A stretch of DNA of 63,924 nucleotides, filler included, from Octopus bimaculoides (lineage: Eukaryota): the NCBI RefSeq assembly GCF_001194135.2. It is 6 parts of 6 records of this genome, joined end to end, with 100 filler letters (N's around TTAATTAATTAA, not from the genome) between each part and the next. Parts side by side here need not be neighbours in the genome. Positions count along the whole stretch, not along the records: positions 1 to 16,253 come from NC_069009.1; 5 more parts are not named here. The stretch is one strand, 5' to 3'. Positions 1 through 11,550 of this stretch are shown here, one piece after another (within the stretch, counting starts at the first letter, position 1; each line of letters starts with the position of its first letter). A program made the position numbers and the translations under genes. The notes beneath the pieces are model-generated. The model searched no databases. It was not told the origin of the DNA and saw nothing but the letters and a program-made list of their open reading frames with translations.

Positions 1-1456
1 TGGGGGGGGGGGGGTTAGTCAATTACATCGACCCCCAGTATTCAACTAGTATGTATTTCATTGACCCCTGAAAGGATAAAATGCAAAGTTGACCTCAGTG
101 GAATTTGAACTCAGAACAGAGAGAGACAGAAAATGCCACTAAGCATTTTCGTCAAAATGTGCTAATGATTCTGCCAACTCACCGCATTAGTATTACTACT
201 ACTACTACTACTACTACCACCACTAATATTACTAATTTTGCTTATTGGTCACAATGAGCCAAGATTAAATAAAAATAATTACTTCTAATTTAGGACTCAA
301 GGCTGGAAACTGATTAGAAGGAATTAGTTGTTTATATTAAAAAAAAAGAAAATAAATAAAACTATGTTAGTACTTCAGGGATTACAGGCAAGGTTCACCT
401 TGGCAGGATTCTGATGTTCTAACAACTATTATTACTATTATTATTATTATTATTATTATAGGTTTGGCAATGCAAACAAGGAAAATAGAACTCAAAACAT
501 GAGTTTAGGGACCAGAACCGGTAAAATCCAGGCTACATGTGTATTTTCAGCTGATCCCCTGATGTAATAATTACAAACTTCCCTACACTTGGATCCCTGG
601 ATCTAACCCATATAAATATTTGTTGATATTTAGTAGAAGCAGCAGAATGATTTAAAGACCAAGTGCTTCATATGTTAGTTAGCCTTTACCAAACTAGTTA
701 CGAATCAGCATATCAATTTATAACCCTTGGATTTGTAGCTAGTTTATTAAATGCCAACACACGAAATTCTTGGCCCTTGGGTCGGTCTGTTACTTCTGCC
801 AAATATTAATGTATTATTCTTAATGGAAATAGGCCTCAAGTTCTTCTCGAAGGAGGGGTGGGCAGTGAGAAGCAGTTGATTTAATGATTTGTGTCAAGCC
901 CGACAGCTCATTAGGGGCCGCTGTTGTTGACAGATACCCATCATGACTCCCCAGAACGATGCTTGAGATGAAGGTAAAGGGATAGGATTAAAATACCACA
1001 AGGCATTTCGGTCCAACACTCTGCACCTCCTGCCAATCTACCGCTCTAATTAATTAACGAGGATTAGTAATCTAATCACAAGGTCCCAAATTACTGTGGG
1101 AGGGGTTAGGTGTATGAAAGAGAGGAAATAAAGGGCAGGGCACAGATGATTATGTCACCAACACCCCAGTACATAACAGGTACTTATATTTTATCAGCCC
1201 AGCAGAAGGACCTGAGTAAAAAAAATCAGCCCTTGGTTGGGTTTGAACTCAGAAGTCCAAGTACCATGAGGCATTTGGTTGTACACTACTGACTCTACTA
1301 GCCCAACACCTTAAGCAACAACAATATTAATAATAGTAATAGTAGTAGTAATAACGGTTCCCGTTTGACTAGGCAAAAAATAATAATCAGTAAGGTTGTG
1401 ATAGCAGCAGGAATGGCTTCTAAACAGGCATAGCAAATGTATGTAGGTATGTGTGC

Positions 1457-1514
<58 letters not shown>

Positions 1515-1582
1515 TTGTGTGTGAGAGAGAGAGAGGAAGAGAGAAAGAGTGTGAGAGGAGGTGCAGTGAGAGGAGTATGTGT

Positions 1583-1727
1583 TCAATGGTGTGCAGGCAA
1601 GAGGTACTTCACATAAGGCACCTCGACATCGACCCCGTCACTGTCATTACAGCAGAGCTCCAGCACAAGGGCCTTGACGTAAGGAGGGATCTTCTTCTTG
1701 GACACCCGTTTCACCACCTCTGACAAC
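1583..1727 (-). CDS. UBA1: UBA1 last coding exon: [47 protein letters not shown]
   Basis: tatttttcag acceptor, phase 2, TGA at 1585-1583. [18 protein letters not shown] is the UBA1 C-terminus. Confidence 0.96.
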
Positions 1728-1863
1728 CTGAAAAATACCAATAAATAACTGTAATTAATATAATGACATAATTAATATTATCCTAAATCAGAAAGAAAGC
1801 TAAAGAGAAAACTCTCTGTACTATGACATGTTTGTTCCCTTCTAAACAAAACAGCATCTAGAA

Positions 1864-2410
1864 CAGGTCATCAAACCCCAGCCTGCTGAGCATTTTAATC
1901 CAGCCCGCAAAGCACTTTTGGCTAAAGAATAATTTACAGCAGTACAATGGTAGATGATCGTAGTCATGAAAATTTTGTCAACTGGCATGATTTGCCCGTT
2001 AATCCTCACAATCATGTGGGTTAATTTAAGAAACTGAATTCTAATATAATATTTCTGTCTATCTTTGTCAAATGATTATTTGTTTTGTTTCATGTTACCG
2101 AATTTTTGCTGACCAAATCAAAGCAATGGAAAACAAAAAAAGGAAGATTGGTTTCGAACATTGGGCTTTCAACAATTTGTGGACACTGAACTTCTCCACT
2201 GAACACTTTGGCAAATGCATGTGCTTAATATGCCGAGAAATGATAGCAGTTAAGAAGGTTCTGAATATCAAACATCATTACGAGGCTCATCATAACAATT
2301 ACAACAGTCTCCTTGGAATGCTACAAGAAGATGAAGTAGCAAGGCTGAAAAACAATCTTCTTAAGCAGTCTTCTTTCTTCACCATTAAGATTGAAGAAAG
2401 TGACAACCTG
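1864..2410 (+). mobile_element. hAT (Charlie/SPIN-like) transposon 5' fragment in a UBA1 intron
   Basis: CAGGtcaTCAAAC...cagcccgc left end after an ATCTAGAA target. ORF KCMCLICREMIAVKK..NIKHHYEAHH is a GTF2IRD2/Charlie-type N-terminus. Confidence 0.8.
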
Positions 2411-2451
2411 ACCCCCACCATGACCATAATGCAAAAAGTGGAGATACTTAC

Positions 2452-2552
2452 GGTAGGACCATGCGCTCCTGTCGTTTTGAAGGGGTCATAAAGAAGGAGT
2501 ATAACATACACACACCCTGTGACAACATGGTTATCTCAAGGTCGTACTTGGT
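2452..2552 (-). CDS. UBA1: UBA1 exon: [33 protein letters not shown](P)
   Basis: tctttccag / gtaagt, 101 nt, phase 0-2. [17 protein letters not shown] motif. Confidence 0.96.
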
Positions 2553-2608
2553 CTGGAAAGAACAATGGGAAATAAGCTTATAGACAAAAAAACTTGGACA
2601 CAGACATA

Positions 2609-2992
2609 CTCTTTTACTTGTTTCAGTCATTTGACTGCGGCCATGCTGGAGCACCACCTTTTTAGTCGAGCAAATCGACCCCAGGACTTATTCTTTGTAA
2701 GCCTAGTACTTATTCTATCGGTCTCTTTTTGCCGAACCACTAAGTGACGGAGACATAAACATACCAGCATTGGTTGTCAAGCGATGTTGGGGGGGACAAA
2801 CACAGACACATATATATATACATATATACAACGGGCTTCTTTCAGTTTCCGTCTACCAAATCCACTCACAAGGCTTTGGTCGGCCCGAGGCTATAGGAGA
2901 AGACACTTGCCCAAGATGCCACGCAGTGGGACTGAACCCGGAACCATGTGGTTGGTAAGCAAGCTACTTACCACACAGCCACTCCTGTGCCT
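2609..2992 (-). mobile_element. Composite tRNA-derived SINE, family A (head + core + internal (TA)/(TG) tract + tail)
   Basis: Head aggc(a/g)caggagtggctgtgtggtaag...ggttccgggttcagtccc (A/B boxes), tail ...gactgaaacaagtaaaaga. Copies at 3477-3865(-), 9257-9420(+), 9787-10160(+), 26107-26495(-), 44340-44760(-) and 56920-57190(-), plus tail-only fragments. Confidence 0.9.
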
Positions 2993-4094
2993 ACATATGT
3001 GTATATATATATATATATATAAATATATATATATATAAAAAACAAGTTTTAAAATAATGGTCATTACATATTTTCCCTCATTGGAGCAAATTTGTGGCTG
3101 AGTACTCCACAGACACATCTACCCTTAACTTAGTTTTCAGGAAGCTTCAACATGACACAGAATGTAACAAAACTGACCCTTTAAATTACAGGTATGGCTT
3201 ATTTATTTTATGGTTTATTATTGTTTAGATTTTGAATTACATACATATGGGGGCACCAAAGTGCATTAAGTGCTTAGGGCCTCTATGGGTTTTAATCCAG
3301 CTCTGGGAAGACCACATTAGATAATTTAGGCATACAAAGTAGATGTGTTACATAAGATTAATTTTGAGGATCTGATCAAAGATTCTGCAATTAAAAATAA
3401 GTCAGAAAATTCTTTACAAATATAAATGAAGTGGAAATCTACGAACATAAACACTTTTTTCCATCTTAATGTTTACTTTCTTTTACTTGTTTCAGTCATT
3501 TGACTGTGGCCATGCTGGAGCACTGCCTTTAGTCGAGCAAATCGACCCCAGGACTTATTCTTTGGAAGCCTAGTACTTATTCGATTGGTCTCTTTTGCCG
3601 AACCGCTAAGTTACGGGGACGTAAATACACCAGCGTCGGTTGTCAAGCGATGTTGGGGAGACAAACACAGACACACATACATATATATATACACATATAT
3701 ACGACGGGCTTCTTTCATTTTCCATTAACCAAATCCACTCACAAGGCTTTGGTCGGCCCGAGGCTATAGTAGAAGACACTTGCCCAAGGTGCCACGCAGT
3801 GGGACTGAACCCGGAACCATGTGGTTGGTAAGCAAGCTACTTACCACATAGCCACTCCTGCGCCTATAATTCCATTTTGAAAAATAAAAAATTTATTTTA
3901 CAGTTTATAATTGTTTATATTTTGAATTACATATATACGGGGGCACCAAAATCTTTCAAGTGCTTGGGGCCTCTGTTGGTTTCACCCTGGATGCATGCAT
4001 AGAAAAGTGGACATTAAAATTATAAATATGCAGACCACACTGCAGCAACCACCAATCGATCACTGTCATACATAACCATATGGTATTGACTCAC

Positions 4095-4178
4095 CTGGAA
4101 ATAATCAATAAATTCCTTTAAAGTCATGTCACCTTCGACCTCAAACCTGTCCCACAAACTGAACTCTGTATCATAGTA
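4095..4178 (-). CDS. UBA1: UBA1 exon: YYDTEFSLWDRFEVEGDMTLKEFIDYFQ
   Basis: tttctgcag / gtgagt, 84 nt, phase 0-0. Start of the ubiquitin-fold domain (LWDRFEV). Confidence 0.96.
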
Positions 4179-4189
4179 CTGCAGAAAGA

Positions 4190-4560
4190 AACAAAGAGGA
4201 AAATGTGAGTGGGTGTTAGTGGGAGGGAAGGACAGAGAGAGAGAGAGGGTGGCAAAACAATAGAGTGTGAGAAAAAATAAGAGAGCATGAGAAGGAGAGA
4301 GGGAGGGAAATAGGATAGAAAACTAGACAGTGTGGCAGAGACAGAGAGAGAAAATAAGAATGAGTGGGAGAGTGACAAAGATAGGAAGAGAAATGGAGAG
4401 AGTGAGAGAAAACAAGAATGCATGAGAGTGGGAGAAGTGGTATGACAGATATGGAGAAAGAGAAAACAAGGCTGCATGAGAGAGAGGGCAAGTGACATAT
4501 GGAGAGAGAGAGAGAGAGAATTAGAATGCATGAGAAGGTGTGAGAGGGGAGTAACATTAC
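4190..4560. repeat. GA-rich low-complexity tract (pyrimidine tract on the UBA1 sense strand)
   Basis: Near-pure purine plus strand ending just upstream of the acceptor at 4179. Confidence 0.85.
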
Positions 4561-4618
4561 AGAGAAATTAATCTCACTTTCAAAACTGGAAACATAAGTC
4601 TGTGGAAGCAGGGCACAC

Positions 4619-4891
4619 CTGAGGTTTTCAAACTGTGGTCCGCGGACCACAGGGGGTCCGTGGACAGCAAATACTTTTTATGGGCAATTTGATTTTATAT
4701 ATGGTTTTTAATCGAAACCTTTTAATTGACAATAAACCTATTTGTTAAATACTGTTAAATAAATAAATGTAAAAATATGTTATTTTAAGCAAATATTTAT
4801 GTATAAATTTCATAAGCGTTTATAAGGGGGTCCCTAAGGTAAAGCCTGAAATATAAAGGGGTCCGCAAGTCAAAACGTTTGAAAACCCCTG
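4619..4891. mobile_element. hAT MITE
   Basis: TIRs ctgaggttttcaaac / gtttgaaaacccctg and subterminal GGTCCGCGGACC motifs. TSD is degenerate. Confidence 0.7.
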
Positions 4892-5831
4892 GGTTAACCT
4901 TTTAGCATTCAGATTACTTTCTCAAATGTAACTGCTTATTTTGAATTAATCATGCATCAAACTTATATCTGAGATTTACATGGTGTGATTGCTTATTTTT
5001 AGAATTTCAGTGCAGGATAGGTGTGGGGGGCCAACTCTGGCCAGTTTCAACATAAAACTGGTAGAATACGTAAGCTGGATGTGGCCAGTTTTGAATATGA
5101 AAGTTTTAAACCAGAGATATCCAGCCAAAATATTCTACCTGTTTTATGTCCAAACTGGCCAGATCCAGCCTCTAACACCAACCCTACATTATCATTCCAA
5201 AACTTGGATCTTTTTTAAAACGGGGGCCACATTTTTCATTAATGTTTTACGTAGTGTTTTTGGTACCGAAAGACTTTCAAACTTCGTATACTTATCTATT
5301 TTGTGTTATAGAACAGAAAAATATTTTTGGATTCGAATTTATTTCATGTAAAAAAATTGTCTTATTTCAATAATTTCAACCAATCACTGANNNNNNNNNN
5401 NNNNNNNNNNNNNNNNNNNNNNNNNNNNNNNNNNNNNNNNNNNNNNNNNNNNNNNNNNNNNNNNNNNNNNNNNNNNNNNNNNNNNNNNNNNNNNNNNNNN
5501 NNNNNNNNNNNNNNNNNNNNNNNNNNNNNNNNNNNNNNNNNNNNNNNNNNNNNNNNNNNNNNNNNNNNNNNNNNNNNNNNNNNNNNNNNNNNNNNNNNNN
5601 NNNNNNNNNNNNNNNNNNNNNNNNNNNNNNNNNNNNNNNNNNNNNNNNNNNNNNNNNNNNNNNNNNNNNNNNNNNNNNNNNNNNNNNNNNNNNNNNNNNN
5701 NNNNNNNNNNNNNNNNNNNNNNNNNNNNNNNNNNNNNNNNNNNNNNNNNNNNNNNNNNNNNNNNNNNNNNNNNNNNNNNNNNNNNNNNNNTAATTCAAAA
5801 CAATGTGAACAAGAGAACTCAGAGAGCGCAA

Positions 5832-6158
5832 ACCTCCGCCAAGGCAACACCAACGTCCTCTCAACGATTAGCCAGAGATGATTTTTAAATGAGAATATCT
5901 AATATAAACTCACAAACGAAAATACTAAAACTTAACCCGACCGCTCTCAAAAATTAAGTAAAAAAAAACAGGACAAATAATCCAGAATCCTTGTCCAGTA
6001 CCAGATCGATCCCAAAATCTAATCAGTTCGTGCCAGTCACGACGCCAACCATCCCTGAAAGTTTTATCCAAATCCATCCAGCAGTTCTTGAGATATCTTA
6101 TCCATGGACAAACAAACGTGACTGAAAACAATAGCTCTGCCTTCGCTAAAAGGTTAAT
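5832..6158 (+). mobile_element. Helentron/HINE-like non-autonomous element
   Basis: Subterminal cctccgccaagg near the 5' end and ctgccttcgctaaaaggttaat at the 3' end, with the typical ttgagatatc...acaaacaaac...gaaaacaata tail. Classified by motif resemblance. Confidence 0.5.
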
Positions 6159-6297
6159 AACATACTCACTAACATTAACTATTATATAGGGTTATTCAAA
6201 AAGATTGAACTGATTTTATTACACAATATTTTGATAAGGAAAAGCAATAGAAAACTCCAGCCAAGTCACAAGTATTTACTCATGAACAACTTTTATT

Positions 6298-6362
6298 TCC
6301 TGTCTTACAAGTGTTCAATGTGGCCACCACCTGCAGCATGGGCAACATCAATGCGATAAGAG
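6298..6362 (-). ncRNA. Candidate H/ACA snoRNA 3' hairpin (SNORA68/U68-like guide), probably a 5'-truncated relic
   Basis: Intronic and sense to UBA1. Lower stem CUUAU/GUAAG, upper stem AUGUUGCC/GGCCACAU, ACA 3 nt from the end, 14 nt from pocket top to ACA. Pockets are complementary to 28S CAAGCGUUCA-UA-GCGA. No H box found. Confidence 0.4.
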
Positions 6363-6556
6363 AATTCCTCCCAGATGCATACATCTGGAACATTTTTGAT
6401 CATAGGTCTACTGGATGAAGACTGACCTGGGGCTAAACAACTAAATCCGCTATTACTAACTACTATATTATACATTAGATAATGTAGTCCTAGATATACT
6501 ATGTCTGAATCAAGGAGAAGGAAATAAACATATTGGGTCACCATTGTGAAACTTAC

Positions 6557-6661
6557 CTTGTGTTTTGGTGCCAAGATTGGTTCGGAGAAGGCAAAGAATG
6601 GCAACGCCAAATTAACAAAACCGTTTTTATATGATTCTATTTTCTTGTGCTTCTGGACTAA
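6557..6661 (-). CDS. UBA1: UBA1 exon: [35 protein letters not shown]
   Basis: tctttacag / gtaagt, 105 nt, phase 0-0. YKNGFxNLALPFFxFSEP motif. Confidence 0.96.
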
Positions 6662-7419
6662 CTGTAAAGAAATGGAAGAGAGAGAGGTTTTATAACAACA
6701 ACAACAACAACAATCATCATCATCATCGTTTAACGCCCGCTTTCCATGCTAGCATGGGTTGGACGACTTGACTGAGGACTGGTGAAACCGGATGGCAACA
6801 CCAGGCTCCAATCTAAATTTGGCAGAGTTTCTACAGCTGGATGCCCTTCCTAACGCCAACCACTCAGAGTGTAGTGGGTGCTTTTACGTGTCACCCGCAC
6901 GAAAATGGCCACGCTCGAAATGGTGTCTTTTATGTGCCACCCGCACAAGCCAGTCCAGGGGCACTGGCAACGATCTCCCTCGAAAATCCTACGGAAGCCA
7001 GTCAGGCGGTACTGGCAACGGCCTAATAATAATAATGGTTTCAAATTTTGGCACAAGGCCAGCAAATTTGGAGAAGGGAACCAGTTGATTACATTGACCC
7101 CAAAAGGATGAAAGGCAAAGTTGACCTCGGTGGTATTTGAACTTAGAAAGTAAAGATGGATGAAATGCCACTAAGTATTTTGCCCAGAGTGCTAACAATT
7201 CTGCCAGATCACCACCTTAATAACAATAATAATAATAATGATCCTAAGATATTTGGAATATAACTTAAGATAAAATAGACTCGAAAATTCATTTTATGAA
7301 GAATAAGCGTGGCTGTGTGTTAAGTAGCTTGCTTCCCAACGTTATTCTGGGTTCAATCTCACCGTGTGGCACCTTGGGTAAATGTCTTCTACTATAGCCT
7401 TGTGAGTGATACATTATGC

Positions 7420-7730
7420 CTGAATAAAAGATGGGATGGTAACAGCTGGAATATCTTCGATTGTAGGTCTACTGGAACCTGGACTGAGCTAGGACTACAT
7501 AACAACGACAGCCATTAATACCAACCACTATACTATACATTAGATAATGTAGTCCTAGATACACTATGTCTGAATAAAAGATGAGAATGGTCAGTTGGAA
7601 CATCACTGATCACAGGTTTGCTGGATCAGGACTGACCTGGGGCTAAACAACTACCACCATTACAGTCACTAATACGACCTAGTATACTGTCCATTGGACA
7701 ATGGAGTCTTAGATACACTGTGAGGTCATG
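7420..7730. repeat. Head-to-tail dimer of an unclassified ~130-150 bp dispersed repeat
   Basis: Unit tgaataaaagatg.gatggt...gatc.taggtct.ctgga...gactgacctggggctaaacaac...tacattagataatgtagtcctagatacactatgtc. It recurs at 6385-6512, 11172-11260, 11565-11720, 30495-30620, 34280-34400, 39840-39960 and 43640-43700. Confidence 0.8.
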
Positions 7731-7782
7731 GGCGGAACCTCTTTCAAAGGCTTTCACTAAACACCAATAAAGATATACAAAC

Positions 7783-7869
7783 CTTACACATCTCCAGACA
7801 CACCAAACCAACAATCAAAGAGGTGGTCGTGGCAATGGCAGGGATAATTTTACCAGCAATCAGTTTACT
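7783..7869 (-). CDS. UBA1: UBA1 exon: [29 protein letters not shown]
   Basis: cgttccag / gtttgt, 87 nt, phase 0-0. [13 protein letters not shown] crossover motif. Not in the ORF track. Confidence 0.95.
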
Positions 7870-8597
7870 CTGGAACGAAAATAAAAATAAAAATTAGAAA
7901 AAAAACATTAATTTCTCAAAATAATAATGGTTTCAAATTTTGGTACAAGGTTAGCAATTCCAGAGGGAAAGGATGAAATTTGAACTCAGAACATCAAGAA
8001 GCAAAAGAAACATTACTAGGCATGTTGACCAACACTAATGGTTCTGCCAGGATGAAAAGTGATATTAGTTTTAGTCTTCTATTATAATTCCAGTGACATT
8101 TAGGATGTTTGTTTTATAGAAATATTAACTCTACCCCAGTATTTCACCGGTACTTCATTTTATCAACCCTAGAAGGATGAAAGGTAAAGTTAGTCTTTGT
8201 CTTCTATTATAATTCCATTCGCAACTGGGATGTTTTATAGGAATACTAAATCTATCCTACAAGAATGAAATGGAAAGTTAGTGTTCTGTTATAATTGTAT
8301 TTGCATTTTGATGGATTTCTTTCAGTTTCAATCTACCAAACCCACTTACAATGCTTTGATCAGCCTGGGGCTAAAATAGACATTTGCACAAGGTGCCACA
8401 CGATGGGACTGAACCCAAGACTACATGGACGGGAGGCAAAATTCTTAACCAAATAGTCATACCTAATGCCCATCTCCCATATTGGTAAGCTGAAAAGATG
8501 CACCAGGCTCCAATTGTCTTCTTTGGTATGGTCTCTACAGATGGATGCCCGTCCTAATGTCAAACACTATAGAGTGTACTGGATGCCTTTTATGTCT

Positions 8598-8790
8598 AAC
8601 CAGCACAAATGCATTTTATGTGACGCCAGCACAGGGAATTTTTATGTGGCACCAGCACAAATGCATTTTATGTGACGCCAGCACAGGGAGTTTTTATGTG
8701 GCACAAGCACAGGATTTTTTATGTGGCACCAGCACAAATGCATTTTATGCGACACCAGCATGGGTTTTTTAAAATTTATGTGGTACCAGC
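8598..8790. repeat. Minisatellite of ~22-25 bp units in a UBA1 intron
   Basis: About eight units of ttttatgtg(g/a)c(a/g)ccagcac, alternating aaatgca and ggga spacers. Confidence 0.85.
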
Positions 8791-8997
8791 ATAGGTGTAC
8801 CCTTAATGGGCTCTTTCTAGGACCTCAGAAATTGGTGGAAATGAAGAGGAAAATTATCAACAAACCAAGGGCCTGGATCAAATGTTTACAATACAATGGA
8901 CCCTTTTAAGGGAACCCAAGATGCCATGTGGTGTCACTAAACCTGACAATGGATTATGGGATACATCAACTGGACTTGAACAACAAAGCAAACACAC

Positions 8998-9179
8998 CTT
9001 GTGTTTGTCAGCAGGTGGGATGTCGTAGTTCTCGGCCCTCAAATTGGAAGCTGCAACAATGAAATCCATGTGAAGATTGTCGTCGTCGTCCTTCTCAAAT
9101 TCAATAGGGGTCAGCTTGATGTTGGATAAGGATTCAGGGCTTGGTAGACTATCCCTCAATATCTGGATCTGCTCTTCAT
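8998..9179 (-). CDS. UBA1: UBA1 exon: (D)[60 protein letters not shown]
   Basis: tttttccag / gtgtgt, 182 nt, phase 1-0. [23 protein letters not shown] motif. Confidence 0.97.
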
Positions 9180-9413
9180 CTGGAAAAATAATAATAGAAA
9201 AAAAGTCACGCATACATGGACAAATGGCGAGAGAGGTGCATGATATATATATATAGGCGCAGGAGTGGCTGTGTGGTAAGTAGCTTGCTTACCAACCACA
9301 TGGTTCCGGGTTCATTCCCACTGCGTGGCACCTTGGGTGTCTTCTACTATAGCCTCGGGCCGACCAAAGCCATGACGGTTTTGGTAGACAGAAACTGAAA
9401 GAAGCCTGTCGTA

Positions 9414-9446
<33 letters not shown>

Positions 9447-10256
9447 GTNNNNNNNNNNNNNNNNNNNNNNNNNNNNNNNNNNNNNNNNNNNNNNNNNNNN
9501 NNNNNNNNNNNNNNNNNNNNNNNNNNNNNNNNNNNNNNNNNNNNNNNNNNNNNNNNNNNNNNNNNNNNNNNNNNNNNNNNNNNNNNNNNNNNNNNNNNNN
9601 NNNNNNNNNNNNNNNNNNNNNNNNNNNNNNNNNNNNNNNNNNNNNNNNNNNNNNNNNNNNNNNNNNNNNNNNNNNNNNNNNNNNNNNNNNNNNNNNNNNN
9701 NNNNNNNNNNNNNNNNNNNNNNNNNNNNNNNNNNNNNNNNNNNNNNNNNNNNNNNNNNNNNNNNNNNNNNCATGATATATATATATAGGCGCAGGAGTGG
9801 CTGTGTGGTAAGTAGCTTGCTTACCAACCACATGGTTCCGGGTTCATTCCCACTGCGTGGCACCTTGGGCAAGTGTCTTCTATTATAGCCTCAGGCTGTC
9901 CAAAGCCTTGTGAGTGGATTTGGTAGACGGAAACTGAAAGAAGTCCGTCGTATATATGTATGTGTGTGTGTGTGTGTTTGTCCTCCTAACATCGCTTGAC
10001 AACCGATGCTGGTGTGTTTGCGTCCTCGTAACTTAGCAGTTCAGCAAAAGAGACCGATAGAATAAATACTAGGCTTACAACGAATAAGTCCTGGGGTCGA
10101 TTTGCTCGACTAAAGGCGGTGCTCCAGCAAGGCCACAGTCAAATGACTGAAACAGGTAAAAGAGTAAAGAGTAAAAGAGCAGTCGTGGTTGGCATACTTT
10201 TGCTCACAGTTGTAAACAGAAGACCAAACAGCACCACCGCCGCCAGTTCTACTCAC

Positions 10257-10452
10257 CATAGTTGGCATCATTCTGCCGGGATTGTGCTTCAGCATCAGTG
10301 AGATCAATCCTGATGCCAGATTTGGGGACAAACTCTGGGAGATCAACCTTCTGCACCAGCTCTGCGACGGCCAGTCGGTCACGTAGCTGTTTGATACCGT
10401 ACATCTCTGCTCTCAGGTTAGCTGCAGCGACAATGTAGTCGAGGTGCACTGG
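10257..10452 (-). CDS. UBA1: UBA1 exon: [65 protein letters not shown]
   Basis: tatttcag / gtgagt, 196 nt, phase 0-1. HLDY..AAANL and PEFxPKSG motifs. Confidence 0.96.
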
Positions 10453-11284
10453 CTGAAATAGAACACAACAACAATAATAATAATAATAATAATAATAATA
10501 ATTTTAAATTTTGGTACAGCATCAGCAATTTCAGGGAAAGGGTTAAGTCAATTTCATTGACCCCCAGGGCTTAACTACTTATTTTATCGCAACCCCCGCC
10601 ACCAAAAAAAAAAAAAAGGAAAGGCAAAGTCGACCTCAGCAGTATTTGAACCCAGAATGTAGAGACAGTAAATACTGTTAAGCATTTTTTGCCCAGTGTG
10701 CTAACAATTCTGTAAACACTAATATTACACTATCATCATCATCGTTTAATGTCTGCTTTCCATGCTAGCATGGGTTGGACGATTTGACTGAGGACTGGTG
10801 AACTAGGTGGCTACACCAGGCTCCAATCTGATTTGGCAGAGTTTCTACAGCTGGATGCCCTTCCTAATGCCAACCACTCCGAGAGTGTAGTGGGTGCTTT
10901 TTATGTACCACCGGCACGAAGGCCAGTCAGGTGGTACTGGCAACGGCCACGCTCAAAACGGTGTATTTTACATGCCACCTGCACAGGAGCAGGCCCAGTG
11001 GCACTGGCAACGATCTCGCTTGAATGACTTTTCAGGTGCCAGGAAGGTGACGTTGGTAACGATCATGCTGGTGCTATTTACGTGCCACTGGCACAGAAGC
11101 CAGACAGCTGCTTTGACAACGATCTGACAGGTCTTCACAAGCCGAGTTTAGTGTCCATTTAATGTAATCATATGTCTGAATAAAAGATGGGATGGTCACA
11201 GATGGGACATCCTTGGTCATAGGTCTGCTGGATTATGATTGACCTGGGGCTAAACAATAAATATAGCCAGCAATGATGCTGTTC

Positions 11285-11550
11285 CGCAATTCCTTGCCAA
11301 ACAAACTGCACAAATGAATTATTTGCAGTGATCAAACGCATGTGCTGCACATTGTGCTCACTCCATCGAATCGATGTTGCCTCAACAGGTGCACAAGTGT
11401 ATCACACATCAGGCCTTGAAGTAATCGCACAGCAACACAGAGATGAAGTGTTTTGCACAAGAACACAACAAACCACCAGGCCCAGGAAATGAAACCGCAT
11501 TCTTGCACTGCTAAGTGCAACTCCCTCACTACTAAGTCATGTGCCCTCAC
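11285..11550 (-). mobile_element. SINE family D (Meta-like core, different tail)
   Basis: Shares gaagtaatc(g/a)cag(c/a)gcaac...gagatgaa.tgttttgc.caa with 42900-43150. Confidence 0.65.

Noticed and set aside
2411-2511. C-terminus of ORF 2072..2491 as part of the transposase
   Set aside because: The hAT fragment ends near 2410. The rest is the antisense of a UBA1 exon and intron.
4124-4650. 135/144-aa Ser/Leu-rich ORFs
   Set aside because: They are translations of the GA low-complexity tract.
7783-7794. UBA1 CLEMCK (Cys where human has Tyr) as a hard-wired editing event
   Set aside because: I recall this position varying among orthologues, and no evidence links it to editing.
8878-8985. Second intronic H/ACA candidate (ACACCA ... 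ACA-ttt)
   Set aside because: The hairpins are short and poorly paired, and no target was identified.
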